DNA of 64,000 nt from Owenia fusiformis (lineage: Eukaryota): NCBI GenBank assembly GCA_903813345.2, contig CAIIXF020000001.1, positions 12,896,001 through 12,960,000 on the forward strand. Direction: 5' to 3'. A program made the translations under genes and the position numbers. The notes below the pieces were generated by a model. It saw only the letters and a list, made by a program, of their open reading frames with translations, searched no databases and had not been told where the DNA came from. This document shows, one piece after another, positions 14,601-27,122 of this stretch (position 1 is the stretch's first letter; each line of letters opens with the position of its first letter).

Positions 14601-17600
14601 TTCCGTGTCATGGTCCAGACAGTGAAGAGGAATCTTTATTATGATAACAAATCAAATGAGTATATTAGAAAAATGAAAAAGTTGGGTTTCAGGCATCATC
14701 ATAAAACCATATCTCAGCCATGTGCTGTCTTGAGTCCAGATTTGATTTGTGTTTTGAAGTTGTTCATTGCTGAATTATATTGGGAGTCATATTTGTTTTT
14801 AATGAAAAGATGTGTCCAGGTTGATATAAAGTTACAGTTCCTGGCTTTGGAGTTTATTAAATTTACTGTTCATAATTGCCATTTACAATCAATCATTTGT
14901 TTTTGCTGTATAATGACCGGAATTAAACTAGAAAGTCTCGTTTCCATTTCAATGAACAATCAGAGGGATAGATATAATGTTTTTTTGCTTTCATCATTTC
15001 ATGACCTGCCTAATTTCTAAAAAGTTTGACTGTTCTGGCTTTATTTCAGGATAACTCTTTGATTTGTAAAACACAGTATTGGTGTACCTCCAATTTTCAA
15101 TTCTAATGAATTTGTACATTTCTGCATCTTAAATTCTGAACAACTTCTACATTTCATCAGATATTTCAATTCTTTTTTACAGATAATAAAATGAGTATTG
15201 TCAAGGAAACAATGGCATATTTTTGTAGATTGCTTTCAACATTTTCACTCATTATCCCTTCTAATTGCTTTAATTGTGCCATCTCATTAGCTTATTTAAC
15301 ATAACTACTAAACAGTACTGAATCAGTAGGTGGAATTACACCTACGATGTAAAAGCGCTTTTTAAAATCCTATCGGGTTTCGACCCGCCTTTAGAGTCAG
15401 GTGTAATCACGATCGCGGATTTAGAAAAGCGCTTTTGTAATCCTCCCAGACCCCTAGTCATTAAAAACCGCTTTCACACCCAAAGGCGGTTTAACGTGTA
15501 GGTGTAATACCGATTGGTTTTCAAGGCGCTTTAACTCGATTTTACACTGAACGAAAACTATATTTGCGCATGAGCATCAAGCATGTTATTGATTTCCGGT
15601 GTGGAGGAAACTTCAAAAAACAAAATTCAAATATTGTGCAAAACTCAATCAAATCACCAAAATGTCGAAAATCATCATGATTCCACGTTCTACCAAGAAC
15701 AACGCAATTTGTAAATAGAATAACCGTAAATTAAATAAATGATATAATACTATTGACGACGGATATTGATGATTCAGCATCCCGAACAGAAGAAAGTAGC
15801 TAATATTTTGAGCACCATAGTATTATGATAATAGCTCTTCTCGATCACTTTGACGCTCACTGGGCCAAAAATCTAAAGTCTTATATTTATACGCCCATGG
15901 GCGTATAAAAAATGATAAAATAACGGACGAAATTACCCCTTCTTTCAGTTATACGCCCAGGGCTTATATACGAGAAATTCCGGTACTATTGTAGATTGGG
16001 GAAGGCGAGGGGAGGGGATGATTGAATAGTTGAAATTACCTCTCTACAATGAAGTCAAAAAAGTGACGAGATCTTTGTCTTGTCCACATCGTTCGTTCCT
16101 GTCCCATATTACCAAGGATGCCAAACAGCCCCAACAAAAGTACCATCTTCATTTTACTGGATCTCTCTTGGATCTCTCATAACAACCGAGCTTCTCTCTT
16201 TGCGCGCTTGTGCATTGTTTTCCATGCTTTCTTTAGCACATATTTGTTAAAGCCAGAGGTAGATTGAATACGATTTAAGAAAAAAAGGAACATACAGTAT
16301 CGGATCATTTTGAATCTCCAGAGATGGCGCTACGGTTGAAAGTGTATATCTAAATAGCAGATTTTGATGCAAATGCGATGGTTGATGGCAAATTATTGTC
16401 TTAAATCAGTCTAAAAGCGCTTTAGAAAAATCAAGTGTAATCACGAAAAGTTGTCTTCAAGGCGCTTTTAAAATTTTGGTGTAATCAGGATTGCGGTTTT
16501 CTAGCCTACGTTACCCAAAACGCCTTGAAAACGCCTTTAGCCATGAAATAGGTGTAATTCCACTAAGTGTGTACATGAATTACAAATATAATACAAATTT
16601 TCTTAGGTAAAACCTATCTAACCCAAAAACACTTGGACCGACCAAAAGTGCTTGGATACGAAAGAAGTCACATTTCAAGGTTTTTAAATTTGACGTCCAT
16701 GCCAGATTGAATAAAAAATGTTCATGTTAAGAGGTGTTTGAAGTATAGAGGTGTTCAGATATAAAAGTATTACTGTATTATATGGATTTAATGTGAACTT
16801 CATTTTTACCTTCAGACTACAAGTAGTTCGTTCACCCATCAATCGTGAGAAGGTCTGCAAACCTCAAGCACTTCCGGATGGTAGATCAGTTTACCCTTGT
16901 GTCTTTTGTGGGAAGGAGTTTAGCACATTCTCTGATATAAATAGACATATGGACTTCCATGAAGGTAACTTGTTATCCACATTGAGGAACTTAATTATAT
17001 ATCAAATAGGTGTTGTTGTTTTTTTTGTTAATTAAGGTGTTTTTAAAATGACTTTCATAGGGCAACAACCCTACTAGGTAATTGTTAGTTCATTAATTCC
17101 ATAAATCTTGTTTATCATAACTTTTGCACAGAATAGCAGTATTGTTCCCTTGTCAACTTTAAGATGCTATTCTTTGCAAAGTTCATCAGCTTATTTCGAC
17201 GTTATCAGTGTCGCCAACAATTTTGATTTACTTTACATATCGTGTAGATTGAAATGTGATCTTTTGAATATTTAAGATTTAATTATGGTAATATTTTTAT
17301 TTATTTCAAAAAACAAATATTAGCAAACCCCTACTGTCGTTATCAAAGACAGAGGGGGATTGAAATTGGTATGATTGTACTTGAAAATGTAGTAAAAAGC
17401 TAGTTTCATCTCTAAACATGTCTGGTGACAAAAAGCTCAATTTATGACATGGTCAGTGGGACTTTAAAACGTGAAATATTGGGGGTGGGGGCTTGCTAAT
17501 ATTTGTTTTTTGAAAGAAATAAAAATATTACCATAATTAAATGTTAAAAATTCAAAAGATCACATTTCAATCTACGCTATATGTAAAAAATCAAAATTGT

Positions 17601-20530
17601 TGGCGACATTGATAATGTCGAAATAAGTGATGAACTTCATTCTCCAAACTTAGAATGGTCCTTTCCCAAATCCTATTAAAATTAAAGACTACATGGCGGG
17701 AAAAAATAGTAGAGGGGGAGTAGCCAATCTCTGCTAGAAAATTCAACAAATCTGCAAGATTCATTTTTTCACCAGAAAGTTGCTCAGTGAATAGGTCCAC
17801 ATTATGGTGAAATCTGTTATTTTCTAGGTATTTTATGATACTGATTCACTTCTGAGGTTAGATCTATTAAAAAGCCACAAAGCCACTAACATGCAAAAGT
17901 CAATGTTCTTGCTATGAATCAAATTATGATAGAGGTTGGATAAATTCTTTAAAGGTTACTACAACACTATCATGCATGATGGGTTCAAGAGAATAACATT
18001 TTTGCAATTTAAAATAACTGAGTTATATATCATTTTTTCTTCAGATATTCGGCCTTATAAATGCCAGTGGTGTGACTATAATGCAAGGACAAACAGTCAG
18101 CTTAAAGTCCACATGATGAGGCATCAAGGTATATACTAGCAGATGTTTTACTGTTATACACAAATATTGTTTTTATCATCAAACTCAAATAGTTCTTTTT
18201 TGTCAATTCAATTTATTCCTTAATAATATAATTAAATACAGAACATATAACAGGTGACATCATTTCTGATGTTTATACCCGTACATGTGAAAGCATAATA
18301 TTATGAATATTAAGAGCAAGGCAAAGTCAAGGAGTCATCAAACATATCAATTGAAGAGGGGGTGTTGGTGCTTTTGATGTCACCACCCAGAGGACATATT
18401 TTTATTACAGTCTCCAACTTTTTGTGGACTGTGGTTGGTGTTTGGTGATCCGCATTTGGCAGTCATTGTCTGTAACAAATGGCAGGTGGTGACAATTTAC
18501 ATGTTAATGCTCTGTCTTGTGTTGTTAGAAAGCTTGGGTATAACGTTCAAACAGAATCATATCTTAAAATTATAGAATTGTATATTTGAATTCATCTTTA
18601 CTTAATATTATGTACTTGGAATTCAATAATATTTGATCAGTGACTTTGATCAGACACTCACTCACCAAATGTCTGTTCCTCCATGGCCATCTCTACCAGA
18701 ATGCATTGGAATAATCTATAGTACTTTCTAACATTTATATCAGCAACCATAAAAGTATTGTATGATTAATAAGGAAAGCATATTCACATAATCCTCAAGT
18801 ATTTAAGACATAAAATGATATTAATCGTAGGGTTTCACTGACAGTGTAGTTATTATATTGATCATTGCCAAAGAACAAATGTTACATTCGGTGTTCTAAG
18901 TTGAGAACATATTAAAGTAACAAACTTAAGAAGACAGAATATGGCATATCTGACCACAAAGTAACATACCAGTCGACCACAAAGTGACATACCAAAGTTG
19001 ACTTCAAGGTGACATACCAGAGTTGACCACAAGGTGACATACCAGAGTTGACTACAAAGTAATATACCAGAGTCAACCACAAAGTGACATACCAAAGTTG
19101 ACTACAAGGTGACATACCAAAGTTGACTACAAGGTGACATACCAGAGTTGACCACAAAGTGACATACCAAAGTTGACCACAAGGTGACATACCAGAGTTG
19201 ACCATAAAGTGACATACCAGAGTCGACCATAAAGTGACATACCAGAGTTGAATACAAAGTGACATAGAAAATGAAGTGACATACCTGATTTAAAAACGAA
19301 GTGACAAAATTGAGTTGAAAATGAAGTGACATACCAGATTTGAATACACAGTGACATACCTGAGCTGACTACAAAGTGACACAACAGATTTGAATACATA
19401 GTGGCATACCAGAGTCGAACATTAAGGGACTTACCTGAGTCGAACATTAAGTGACTTACCAGAGTTGACGACAAAGTGCAAGACCAGAATCAACCACAAA
19501 GTGACATACCAGAGTTGAATACAAAGTGAAATACCTGAGTTGAAAACAAAGTGAAGCACCTGATTTGAAAATGAAGTGACAAACTTGAGATGAAAATGAA
19601 GTGACATACCAGAGTCGATCACAAAATGACATAATTGAGTTAAAATACAAAGTGTCTTACTCAAGTAAAACACAAATTAGCAAAACAATCTCCCTCATGA
19701 CCATAAGCAGGGCTCGTCTCATTTCTCTTTTCATTCATTTAATTAGGAAAAAGCATATTTCTTAGGGAAGGATATTGTTATAATCGATCACAGAGCCAAT
19801 AGCAATAAAGTAGCTCTGCGGAAGTAAATATGACGGATTAGTATAGTTGTGAGGCCAGACAAAAACACATCATTTATCATGAGGGGCTCTTCCGCTAAAT
19901 TGTTCTGATTTCCTGTCGCTGAACACGTGTATCTGCAAATGAGGATAGTGTCAATTGAGAGGATATTATGGATGAAAGTACTTTTCTATGACAGGATAGA
20001 TAAAAACAGAAATTAGAGGAAAGAAATAATATGTGTTTTCAACAGTGAAGACTCTAACATGACAAAACTGAAAGACACAGCTCAAATTGGTTTAGAAAAA
20101 TATTGGACATTAATTAATGACAGTGATGAATCATTGATTGTCTTTATAATATTTCCTGATTTGTTACACCCTCGTATATTTCTTGCCATATATTTTTAAG
20201 ATATCAGGCCTTGAGAACGGGAGCACATTATTGTTAATTTGAAGTGTTTATTCGTTGGTTACAGGCATTAGAGAGTTCCACTGCACGCTCTGCAATTACA
20301 AAGGCGTTACCCAATCAGATCTGAATCGTCATATGAAGTCACAAATTCATGTCATGAAATCGCAGAACCAGTGCATCTTGTGTGGGGAAGGTTTTGTGAC
20401 ACCAGTTAATCTACGCAATCACGCTTTGACCTGCTCAGGTCAAAGGTCACATGAAGAAAGGTCACCAGGGTCAAGGTCAAGTCATGGAAAAAGCCATCTA
20501 GCTTACCACCCGCCTGATACCAGTACATAA
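8618..20530 (+). CDS. Large multi-C2H2 zinc-finger protein, probable transcription factor (5'-partial; about 1,230 codons and 12 fingers in the window)
   Basis: GT-AG exons 8618-9048, 10066-10737, 12171-14263, 16816-16964, 18045-18128 and 20265-20530 (stop) join in frame (intron phases 0,0,2,1,1). Fingers split by introns are restored (FVCQ|RCVPPKCF, FKCQ|VCSKGF), with TGERPF/TGVKP-type linkers. The first exon follows a phase-1 acceptor; no upstream coding exon was identified. Confidence 0.9.
9702..9944. mobile_element. Degenerate MITE, possibly Sola-like
   Basis: Imperfect TIRs AAGCCTGGCCATAGGAAAACCGGTCTTAT / ATAAGACCCCTTTTTCTGTGGCCTGGCTC; flanks GTAT and ATAT. Confidence 0.5.
11935..12105. 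repeat. Degenerate (TATTA/TATCA)n microsatellite
   Basis: 5-bp periodic AT-rich run ending about 65 bp upstream of the 12171 acceptor. Confidence 0.85.
15330..16563. mobile_element. Non-autonomous TIR element, possibly PIF/Harbinger-like
   Basis: 15-bp TIR GTGGAATTACACCTA / TAGGTGTAATTCCAC with flanks TAG and TAA; subterminal GTGTAATC and AAAGCGCTTT motifs at both ends; CpG-rich relative to its flanks. Confidence 0.75.
17179..17637. mobile_element. Foldback element (about 155-bp inverted arms)
   Basis: About 17179-17331 is the near-reverse-complement of about 17487-17637. No clear TSD. Confidence 0.75.
18945..19650. repeat. 25-bp minisatellite (AAAGTGACATACCAGAGTTGACCAC), about 28 copies
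   Basis: Direct tandem periodicity, more diverged towards the 3' end. Confidence 0.93.
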
Positions 20531-23087
20531 TTTTATTGAAATAATAGTTCATGAAATATATTAGAAACGTATATGCTAAAACTATTCCGTAAACTATAGG
20601 GTGGTCCAGAAGTAAATCTTTATTTCTGTGGAACACCCTGTATATAATTAGTCATTGAATGATTCCAAAGAAGTGTTTCAAATTTTTGATGATTTTAATA
20701 CACATTTCTACAAATTGTATAAATTATAAGTTTGTTTGAAGCTCATCTTCAAGCATAATGATATGCAGGATTAAGGGGTTTAGTAACTATAGTAACACAC
20801 TACTTGTTTACACCTCTCAATTTACAAAGCAAATGAAATTTGTGTATAGAATGATTTATGTCCATCATAAAAACTATTTTAGAGATCTATAAATATATTA
20901 TTAAATATATATATACATTATATAGTACTGTAGTTGCTACATGATTAATCTAAATAAAATTATTTATTGTAGAAACAATGTATGATATAAATACAGTATG
21001 TACATTCATATGATGTTTGCATTTTATTTGTATTCCGTACATGTTCTTTATAAAACAGTGAAATACAAATTTCTAAGTTAAGTAGCCAACAAGGAGTTGA
21101 CTTTTTGTATTTTAATGATTTATATTTTAGCATTGTGTACTATGTAGTCATATATTATCCTCATTGTCAAAACTTAATGTGTTATATGTGGAGGTACCTA
21201 GTACCCTATGTAGGTCGTTAGTAAGTAGTGCAATTCAATGTGCCAAAGTTGTATTTAGGGTAATTGTATACAATGATGTGCTTGTAAGGGAACTGGTTCA
21301 AGTATGAATGATTAATATTTTTCATGGAAGTAATTTCATTTCTTTTATTTTTTATTAATCTACATAAATCATTTGCAACAATAGCCATTTATTTTGTACT
21401 TGAGCCCACTGAATTATTTTTTTGAAAAGTAAACATTGATATTTTGAGCCAGACCCTTGTATGTTTATTAGACAATCTGTGTTAAAACTTCAAAGTTTAG
21501 TCACAATATATATAGCTGTTATAAATTTAATTTTTATTATATGGTCTTTGTGGAGATCTGTAGAAAGGGTGGAGATGAGTTTAAAAGTTTCAATGAAATT
21601 GTAAAACAATTTTGAAATACTTTTTGCTTTCATCATTCGATGTCATGTCTTTTACCTAAGGGATGTCATGTCTATTACCTAAGGAAGTTCTAACTTTATT
21701 TCTGGACAATCCTTCGTTTTTTAAGGTTTTCTTGCCTAAACTACAAAAATTGATACCTTTTTCGATTGCAATGAATTTGGAGATTTCTGCATCGTATATC
21801 TTCAATGTGATTACTTTTTCAGAAAATTAAGATTAATTAAAGGAAAACATTGACAATTTTAATAGATTTCTTCCAACATTTTACACTATCTTTTTTAATT
21901 CCTTTGATTAACTGGATTCTGTTGAAAGCTCTGTTAAAGTAAGCATATATTTTAACATGGCCTGTGCATTGCAGGAGAATGTCTTCAATTTTAATTGAGT
22001 GGAATGGAAATAAAAACCTTTGATTTACCTTTAGTCTATGTATTTATATTTGGATGTGATATGGTTATAACATCAAAAACATGTATGATTTATGAGGTGC
22101 AAGTGGCTTTAAGGAGATCAGCATATATTCCAGTATTAAAAAAACGCAGTAGACTTATTTGATCAAAAAATTGTATGAAGTAACTTATTGTTAAAAACAG
22201 GCATTTATGATTTTTCTAGAACTTTTTATGAAATAATTGAATAAGTTCCTGCTGAATGAAAAACAGTGTTTCTTTATATTTACATGACTAAAAGGATTGC
22301 AAGTATCGTGATATAATTCTTAAGACTAGGGCCAACCCTGGAACTGGAATAGTCAGTTAGTTGATGAATCTAAGCTACTTTGAAACTGTTGAAGACCCCC
22401 CCACCCCTACCCTCCTCTCCCAAAAAAGAAAATATTCAAATGTTTAATTCTGTTGCTATTATATGACTCAGATGGGGTAAAGTAAAATAATCGACATTTA
22501 TAAAAAGACCTAGAACTACAAACATAACAATATTGATAATAGTGCAATAATGAATGAGTATTTACAAAATTATGAATGTGTGTTTTGGATTATAAATGGA
22601 TTGTTCTTTTCATGTGGTCTTATACTCTTTATAGTCTACTGAATGTTAAAATGATCAATTTTGCATGCATCTTCAACGACTTAAAGTTTATATTATGATA
22701 AAGTATCTGGCAGGCCACATAACATGGTAAAGTACACCTAATGTGTTATAAATTATATTCCAGTTTCCGCTTATATAATCTTGCCAATAACAACAGTGTG
22801 ATCTGTAAAAGTATATAAATTATATCTCAGTCATTTTTTATAGATATCTGCAGTGGGATTTGGGAAGCCAAATAAAAGACCTCCAATGCATTATAAATTA
22901 TAAATATTGTATGATAACATTACATGACCAAGCTTTATTTGAATGTGGAAGTAAAATTGGTAAATGTGTCCAAAACAATGGTGTAACTGTAATTGAAATA
23001 AGTGATTTTCATGTTATTTTTGATTTTACGGGAGTAAGTACATGCAGTTACCATAAACTGAAGTTTTGAAGATATTTTAACCATATA

Positions 23088-23156
23088 CAGGCTGTGCAAT
23101 AAAAATGGGATACTATGCATCATTCTCAAGTGTCCCATTTTTATTTGCCCACCCTG
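23088..23156. mobile_element. Miniature Tc1/mariner-type MITE; similar minis at about 20597-20640, 52408-52468 and 54744-54824
   Basis: TA|CAGGCTGTGCAATAAAAATGGGATAC ... GTGTCCCATTTTTATTTGCCCACCCTG|TA. Confidence 0.65.
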
Positions 23157-23779
23157 TACATGTAGAATGTAAAAATTGTTCATATGTGAACACCTCATAA
23201 AGGGAATCTGAAATGGTCTCATTTTTGTGTTTTCAGAATTACTCCCATCAACTGTATGTGGTTTTATTAAGTAATCTAAGATATATGTAATGTCAGTATA
23301 TATGTACTGTAAATGGAACCTTTTATGTTTTGATGTACGACAGTTGTCATTATGTCAACTTTATATTACAATGTTAAATTATACACTCACACATAAGCTG
23401 TACAATGAGAGTTCATTGTGGAAATGGTATGGTTGGGAAATTCCTACAGTGTTCTATAAACCTTGAATGTTGATTAAATATTGTAATATCAAACGGTTAT
23501 TGCCCCTGAATGACGAAATACCATAAACCTCAAGGAGATATGATTTTGTAATTCAACGAGGAGTTTAGATAATTCCTTATGAGAAGCGACCTGTATCAAT
23601 GGCTTAGATATGTAACTGTAATGAAAATTAATGAAACAGTACTTACAGGTAGCATTTATGTTAGGTATGTGTTTTCTATAAAGCTGTAAAATCTGAATAT
23701 ATGTAGCTTATAATGTAACATGTCTAAATTGGAGCATGGGACACAAGAAACTAGATACATGTATTGTAATAGCATTTAA

Positions 23780-24380
23780 TGATGTAGAATCCTCTCAGTG
23801 CAATCACTGGGACAATCAAATTGACATGTTCTGTCACGGTGGTGGAACTTTTCAAAAATGGATCCAGATATCCAGCCTCGGAGGTACATTTTTCTTTATC
23901 CACAAGATGTAGGTTAAATCTTCAAGACCTTTTTAGCACACATATGTGCCAGCATCATATGTTTATGAAAATCTAAGCATTTGCAGTTAGATCACGAGAC
24001 ACCAGAATCATTGATATGATTCCTCACTTTTGTTACATAAACATATGTTTAAAAATGGTTAACATCTGCACTTTTTTGATATGATATTGATGATTCTGGT
24101 GTCTTGGGAGCTATCAGCCTGAAGCACAAAAAATATTATGAAGATTCTACCTACATCTTGTGAAATCATGGAAACCAAAAAATCGTACCTCTTTGGCTTT
24201 GCCATTTTGTTACTGAAGCAGATGTTTTCGTAACCAGTTTGAAAAGTTCTACCACAGTGAGTGTCTATGATATTGTTATTAATACAATTGATATTAATCA
24301 AGGAATGACTGAAACCAAAAAAGTATGTTTTCAGGTCTTCATGTTCATTTGAAACAACAAACTCCATTTTGGAAAACAAC
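23780..24380 (-). mobile_element. Possible highly degraded hAT transposase remnant
   Basis: FFVLQADSSQD resembles the first catalytic-Asp motif of hAT transposases (F.l..DgstD). The rest is frameshifted and weak. Confidence 0.3.
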
Positions 24381-24720
24381 TTTTCACTATGAAATAACTA
24401 TGATTAGAACTACATGTATAATCATCATAATGGTGACATCTCTTGGAACTTAATATAGACCAATGCATTGCATTTTTTTTATTATACTTCATTGGGTTAA
24501 TTCTGTTACCATGACTTACAGTAAGTATAGGTTATAGTATACAGTAGCATGTTTAGTATACTTCTATATGAAGTTATTTACATGTAGAATACTTAGGCAG
24601 CAGCCTATGTATAGTTTACATATGGTATGTATCTAGTTAAAGCGTATTATTCAATAAATTATAGAGTATATAAATCACATATTTTTGTGTAAAATATTTC
24701 TACAATTTTCTACTTCCCAG

Positions 24721-24752
24721 CATGGGCTTTCAATTCTAGTTGAAAGCCCATG
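24721..24752. mobile_element. 32-bp palindromic transposon remnant (P-element-like footprint), copy 1
   Basis: CATGGGCTTTCAA-TTCTAG-TTGAAAGCCCATG, flanked by the exact 7-bp direct repeat TTCCCAG (24714-24720, 24753-24759). Confidence 0.75.
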
Positions 24753-25133
24753 TTCCCAGTACTTTAGTAATAACAGTAAACGTGTTTTTGGAATATTTCT
24801 CTAATCTGAACATTTCTCAGTGTCTTTCACCTGGAATTGTGATCAGATCACATTTGGCTGGTTTTATTATTATATAACATCTGGCCTCCTTGCATATTTC
24901 ACATATAGTAGTGTCAGTTTGTTACAATATTTAAACTTTTATGATTTTTGGAAATAGTTGAGACAGGTGATTCTGATGCTCATAGCATCTTTCTGTTTCA
25001 CCTGAAACATGAAACATCTCTGGGCTGAGAAGAAATGAGATGTCATGGTTTATCATGATGGATACAGGTAGCTGCAAGAAACTAAGTTATTTTGAATAGC
25101 CTTTGAATGAAATTGCATTGCATGCTAATCTAT

Positions 25134-26033
25134 GACGTGTCGCAAAAAGCTCGCGCACGCATTGTTACACATTTTGTGGCGTAATCCAGAGGATCCTCGC
25201 TTTTAACATGATAGAATGTGACGTTTTTGAGAAAAATGTACACACATAAAAATCCTTTCGTCCTCCACATTTACCTCTATATCTCAAAACATTTTAGACG
25301 AATAACTCTGATATCATATATATATTGTTAATGGGCTAGGAGCATCATAAAACACGAATCAATTGATATTTTAGGTGAAATAAATATACGTGTTGCTGTG
25401 CTTGAAAATAGGCGAATGGCGTAAATAAGCCCTATTTTAATGAATTTTGAAAACCTTTCGTCCTCCACTTTTCCACATACAACAGAAAACACATACTTTT
25501 GTGAACAAAATCAACTATTTATTAATAAACTAGAGTTTAGGAGCAAAATAATCATGTATGATTTATTAAAAATTGATCTCGTATTTTTTGTTTAATGTAC
25601 ACCTGAAAAGTTGAAGGTACCAAAAAATGAGCAAAAAAGGTCGCTGTCAACAGATTCTATTTTTCAGACACTATGACGTCACAATATGGGACGCTTACTA
25701 AAATTCATCCTTTGAAATAAAACTTCCATCTACCTTTATCAAGACGAAAAATAAGTATAATAGTCATATATTGTTTGAGTTATGAGCGTTTAAAGACGAA
25801 AAATAATTCAAAATGTAACGTGTCAACATGGGATATTTGCCAGATGTTTTACTTTTTTAAAAACGAACGCGCAAAAAATGTGAACGGAGTGTAGTTGATC
25901 TAAAATCTTCATCGAAACAGCTTTAAAATGATATATAACTTTAATTAGAATATTATCTTATAATCCGGGGAATCAAAGTTACATTCACGCGATACCTTTA
26001 AAAAACAAATGCGCCACCTTTTTGCGACACGTC
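25134..26033. mobile_element. 900-bp non-autonomous TIR element, superfamily unassigned
   Basis: Perfect 16-bp TIR GACGTGTCGCAAAAAG / CTTTTTGCGACACGTC with TAT on both sides. A tandem copy of the flank without the insert lies at about 26093-26135. Confidence 0.85.
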
Positions 26034-26267
26034 TATGCATAAAGGCTAAAGATGAAATAAATGCAAAATGAATAACACACAAATTGCAAATTGCATTCTA
26101 ATCTATGCACTATAAAGGCTAAAGATAAAATAACTGAAAAATGAATAAGATTTCAATGAATTTAAAAAGTTGAATTCCAGCGTAAATGCCAGTAGCCACA
26201 GGTGGCAGAATTTTTCTCAGGAAATACATAAAGAAATACTAAGTTGTATTTATTTAGGATGTATTTC

Positions 26268-26433
26268 CTAAGAAAAACTGCCATCTGTGCCAGTATCCAT
26301 ATTGTTCCATTGGCCAATTCTCCAACAACAACTCCTACTGCAAAACCTGAGTAGTTCATAATACCAAGCAGTAGTGTATACAGAACAGCTTGCTTCAAAC
26401 TCATCCACGTATTCACCAAGATCGAAAAATCCC
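26268..26433 (-). pseudogene. Orphan exon fragment of a ZIP/SLC39 (LIV-1-type) zinc transporter
   Basis: After a tttag acceptor (phase 1) it reads GDFSILVNTWMSLKQAVLYTLLLGIMNYSGFAVGVVVGELANGTIWILAQMAVFL. This resembles the LIV-1 segment after HEL (GDFAILL..GMS.KQAL.YN...WIFA..AG.FLY). No donor and no other ZIP exons were found. Confidence 0.6.
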
Positions 26434-26741
26434 CTAAATATGAAAATATACGATTTGTGCAATTGCAGCCTTTAGAGAATTTTAAAACACGTAGTGTATG
26501 TTTTTTTATGTAATCCTAAAATAGTTCAGATTATTCACAATCAGCTTATTTGCAACACAGTAGAAGCCTTGGACGGAGGTAAACGTGCACAATGTCATTA
26601 AATTGGTACAAGGTGTCCCAGAACTCATGTTGTATTTCTCTGACAACGCTGGGGTTGGAATAATTTCAACATATAGCGCAATTACATCGTGTTCAACAGC
26701 TAAGATGTGGTAAGTTTAACCAGTTATCATATTAGAAAGTC

Positions 26742-27122
26742 CATTTCACTGCTTTATTTCGTCAGTAGAACGGCAAAAATAAGAAATTTGGAGACCATTG
26801 TGCAATAATATATGGAAAAGTATATTCATAATGTACATGAATGACATTTGTATATTTCAGATTTTCTAGTTTTTTGTGCAATAAGCCTGTGCCGTCTTGT
26901 AATTTGAAGAATTTCAGCCATGTTAATCTTATTGAAAATAACATGGCAGAGAAACATCCAAATATAAGAGGCCACACACTTTATAAGCCAAACTAGAAGC
27001 AATCCAAGATATACAAATGTCATTCATGTACATTATGAACATACTTTTCCATATATTATTGCACAATGGTCTCCCAATTTCTTACTTTTGCCGTTCTACT
27101 GACGAAATGAAGCAGTGAAATG
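26742..27122. mobile_element. Foldback element (about 112-bp inverted arms)
   Basis: About 26742-26854 is the near-reverse-complement of about 27009-27122, with few mismatches. Confidence 0.8.

Noticed and set aside
14423-15290. Possible decayed coding or transposase sequence (also about 4800-5500 and 19730-20120)
   Set aside because: Composition looks coding-like, but I could not recognise a diagnostic motif; a translated search is needed.
18862-19673. Six overlapping minus-strand ORFs with repeated LWYVTL/LVCHF peptides
   Set aside because: They are translations of the 25-bp minisatellite in an intron.
26162-26200. RWNSTF peptide resembling the hAT transposase TRWNS motif
   Set aside because: Isolated hexapeptide with no surrounding transposase similarity; the upstream part of that ORF is better explained as a ZIP exon.
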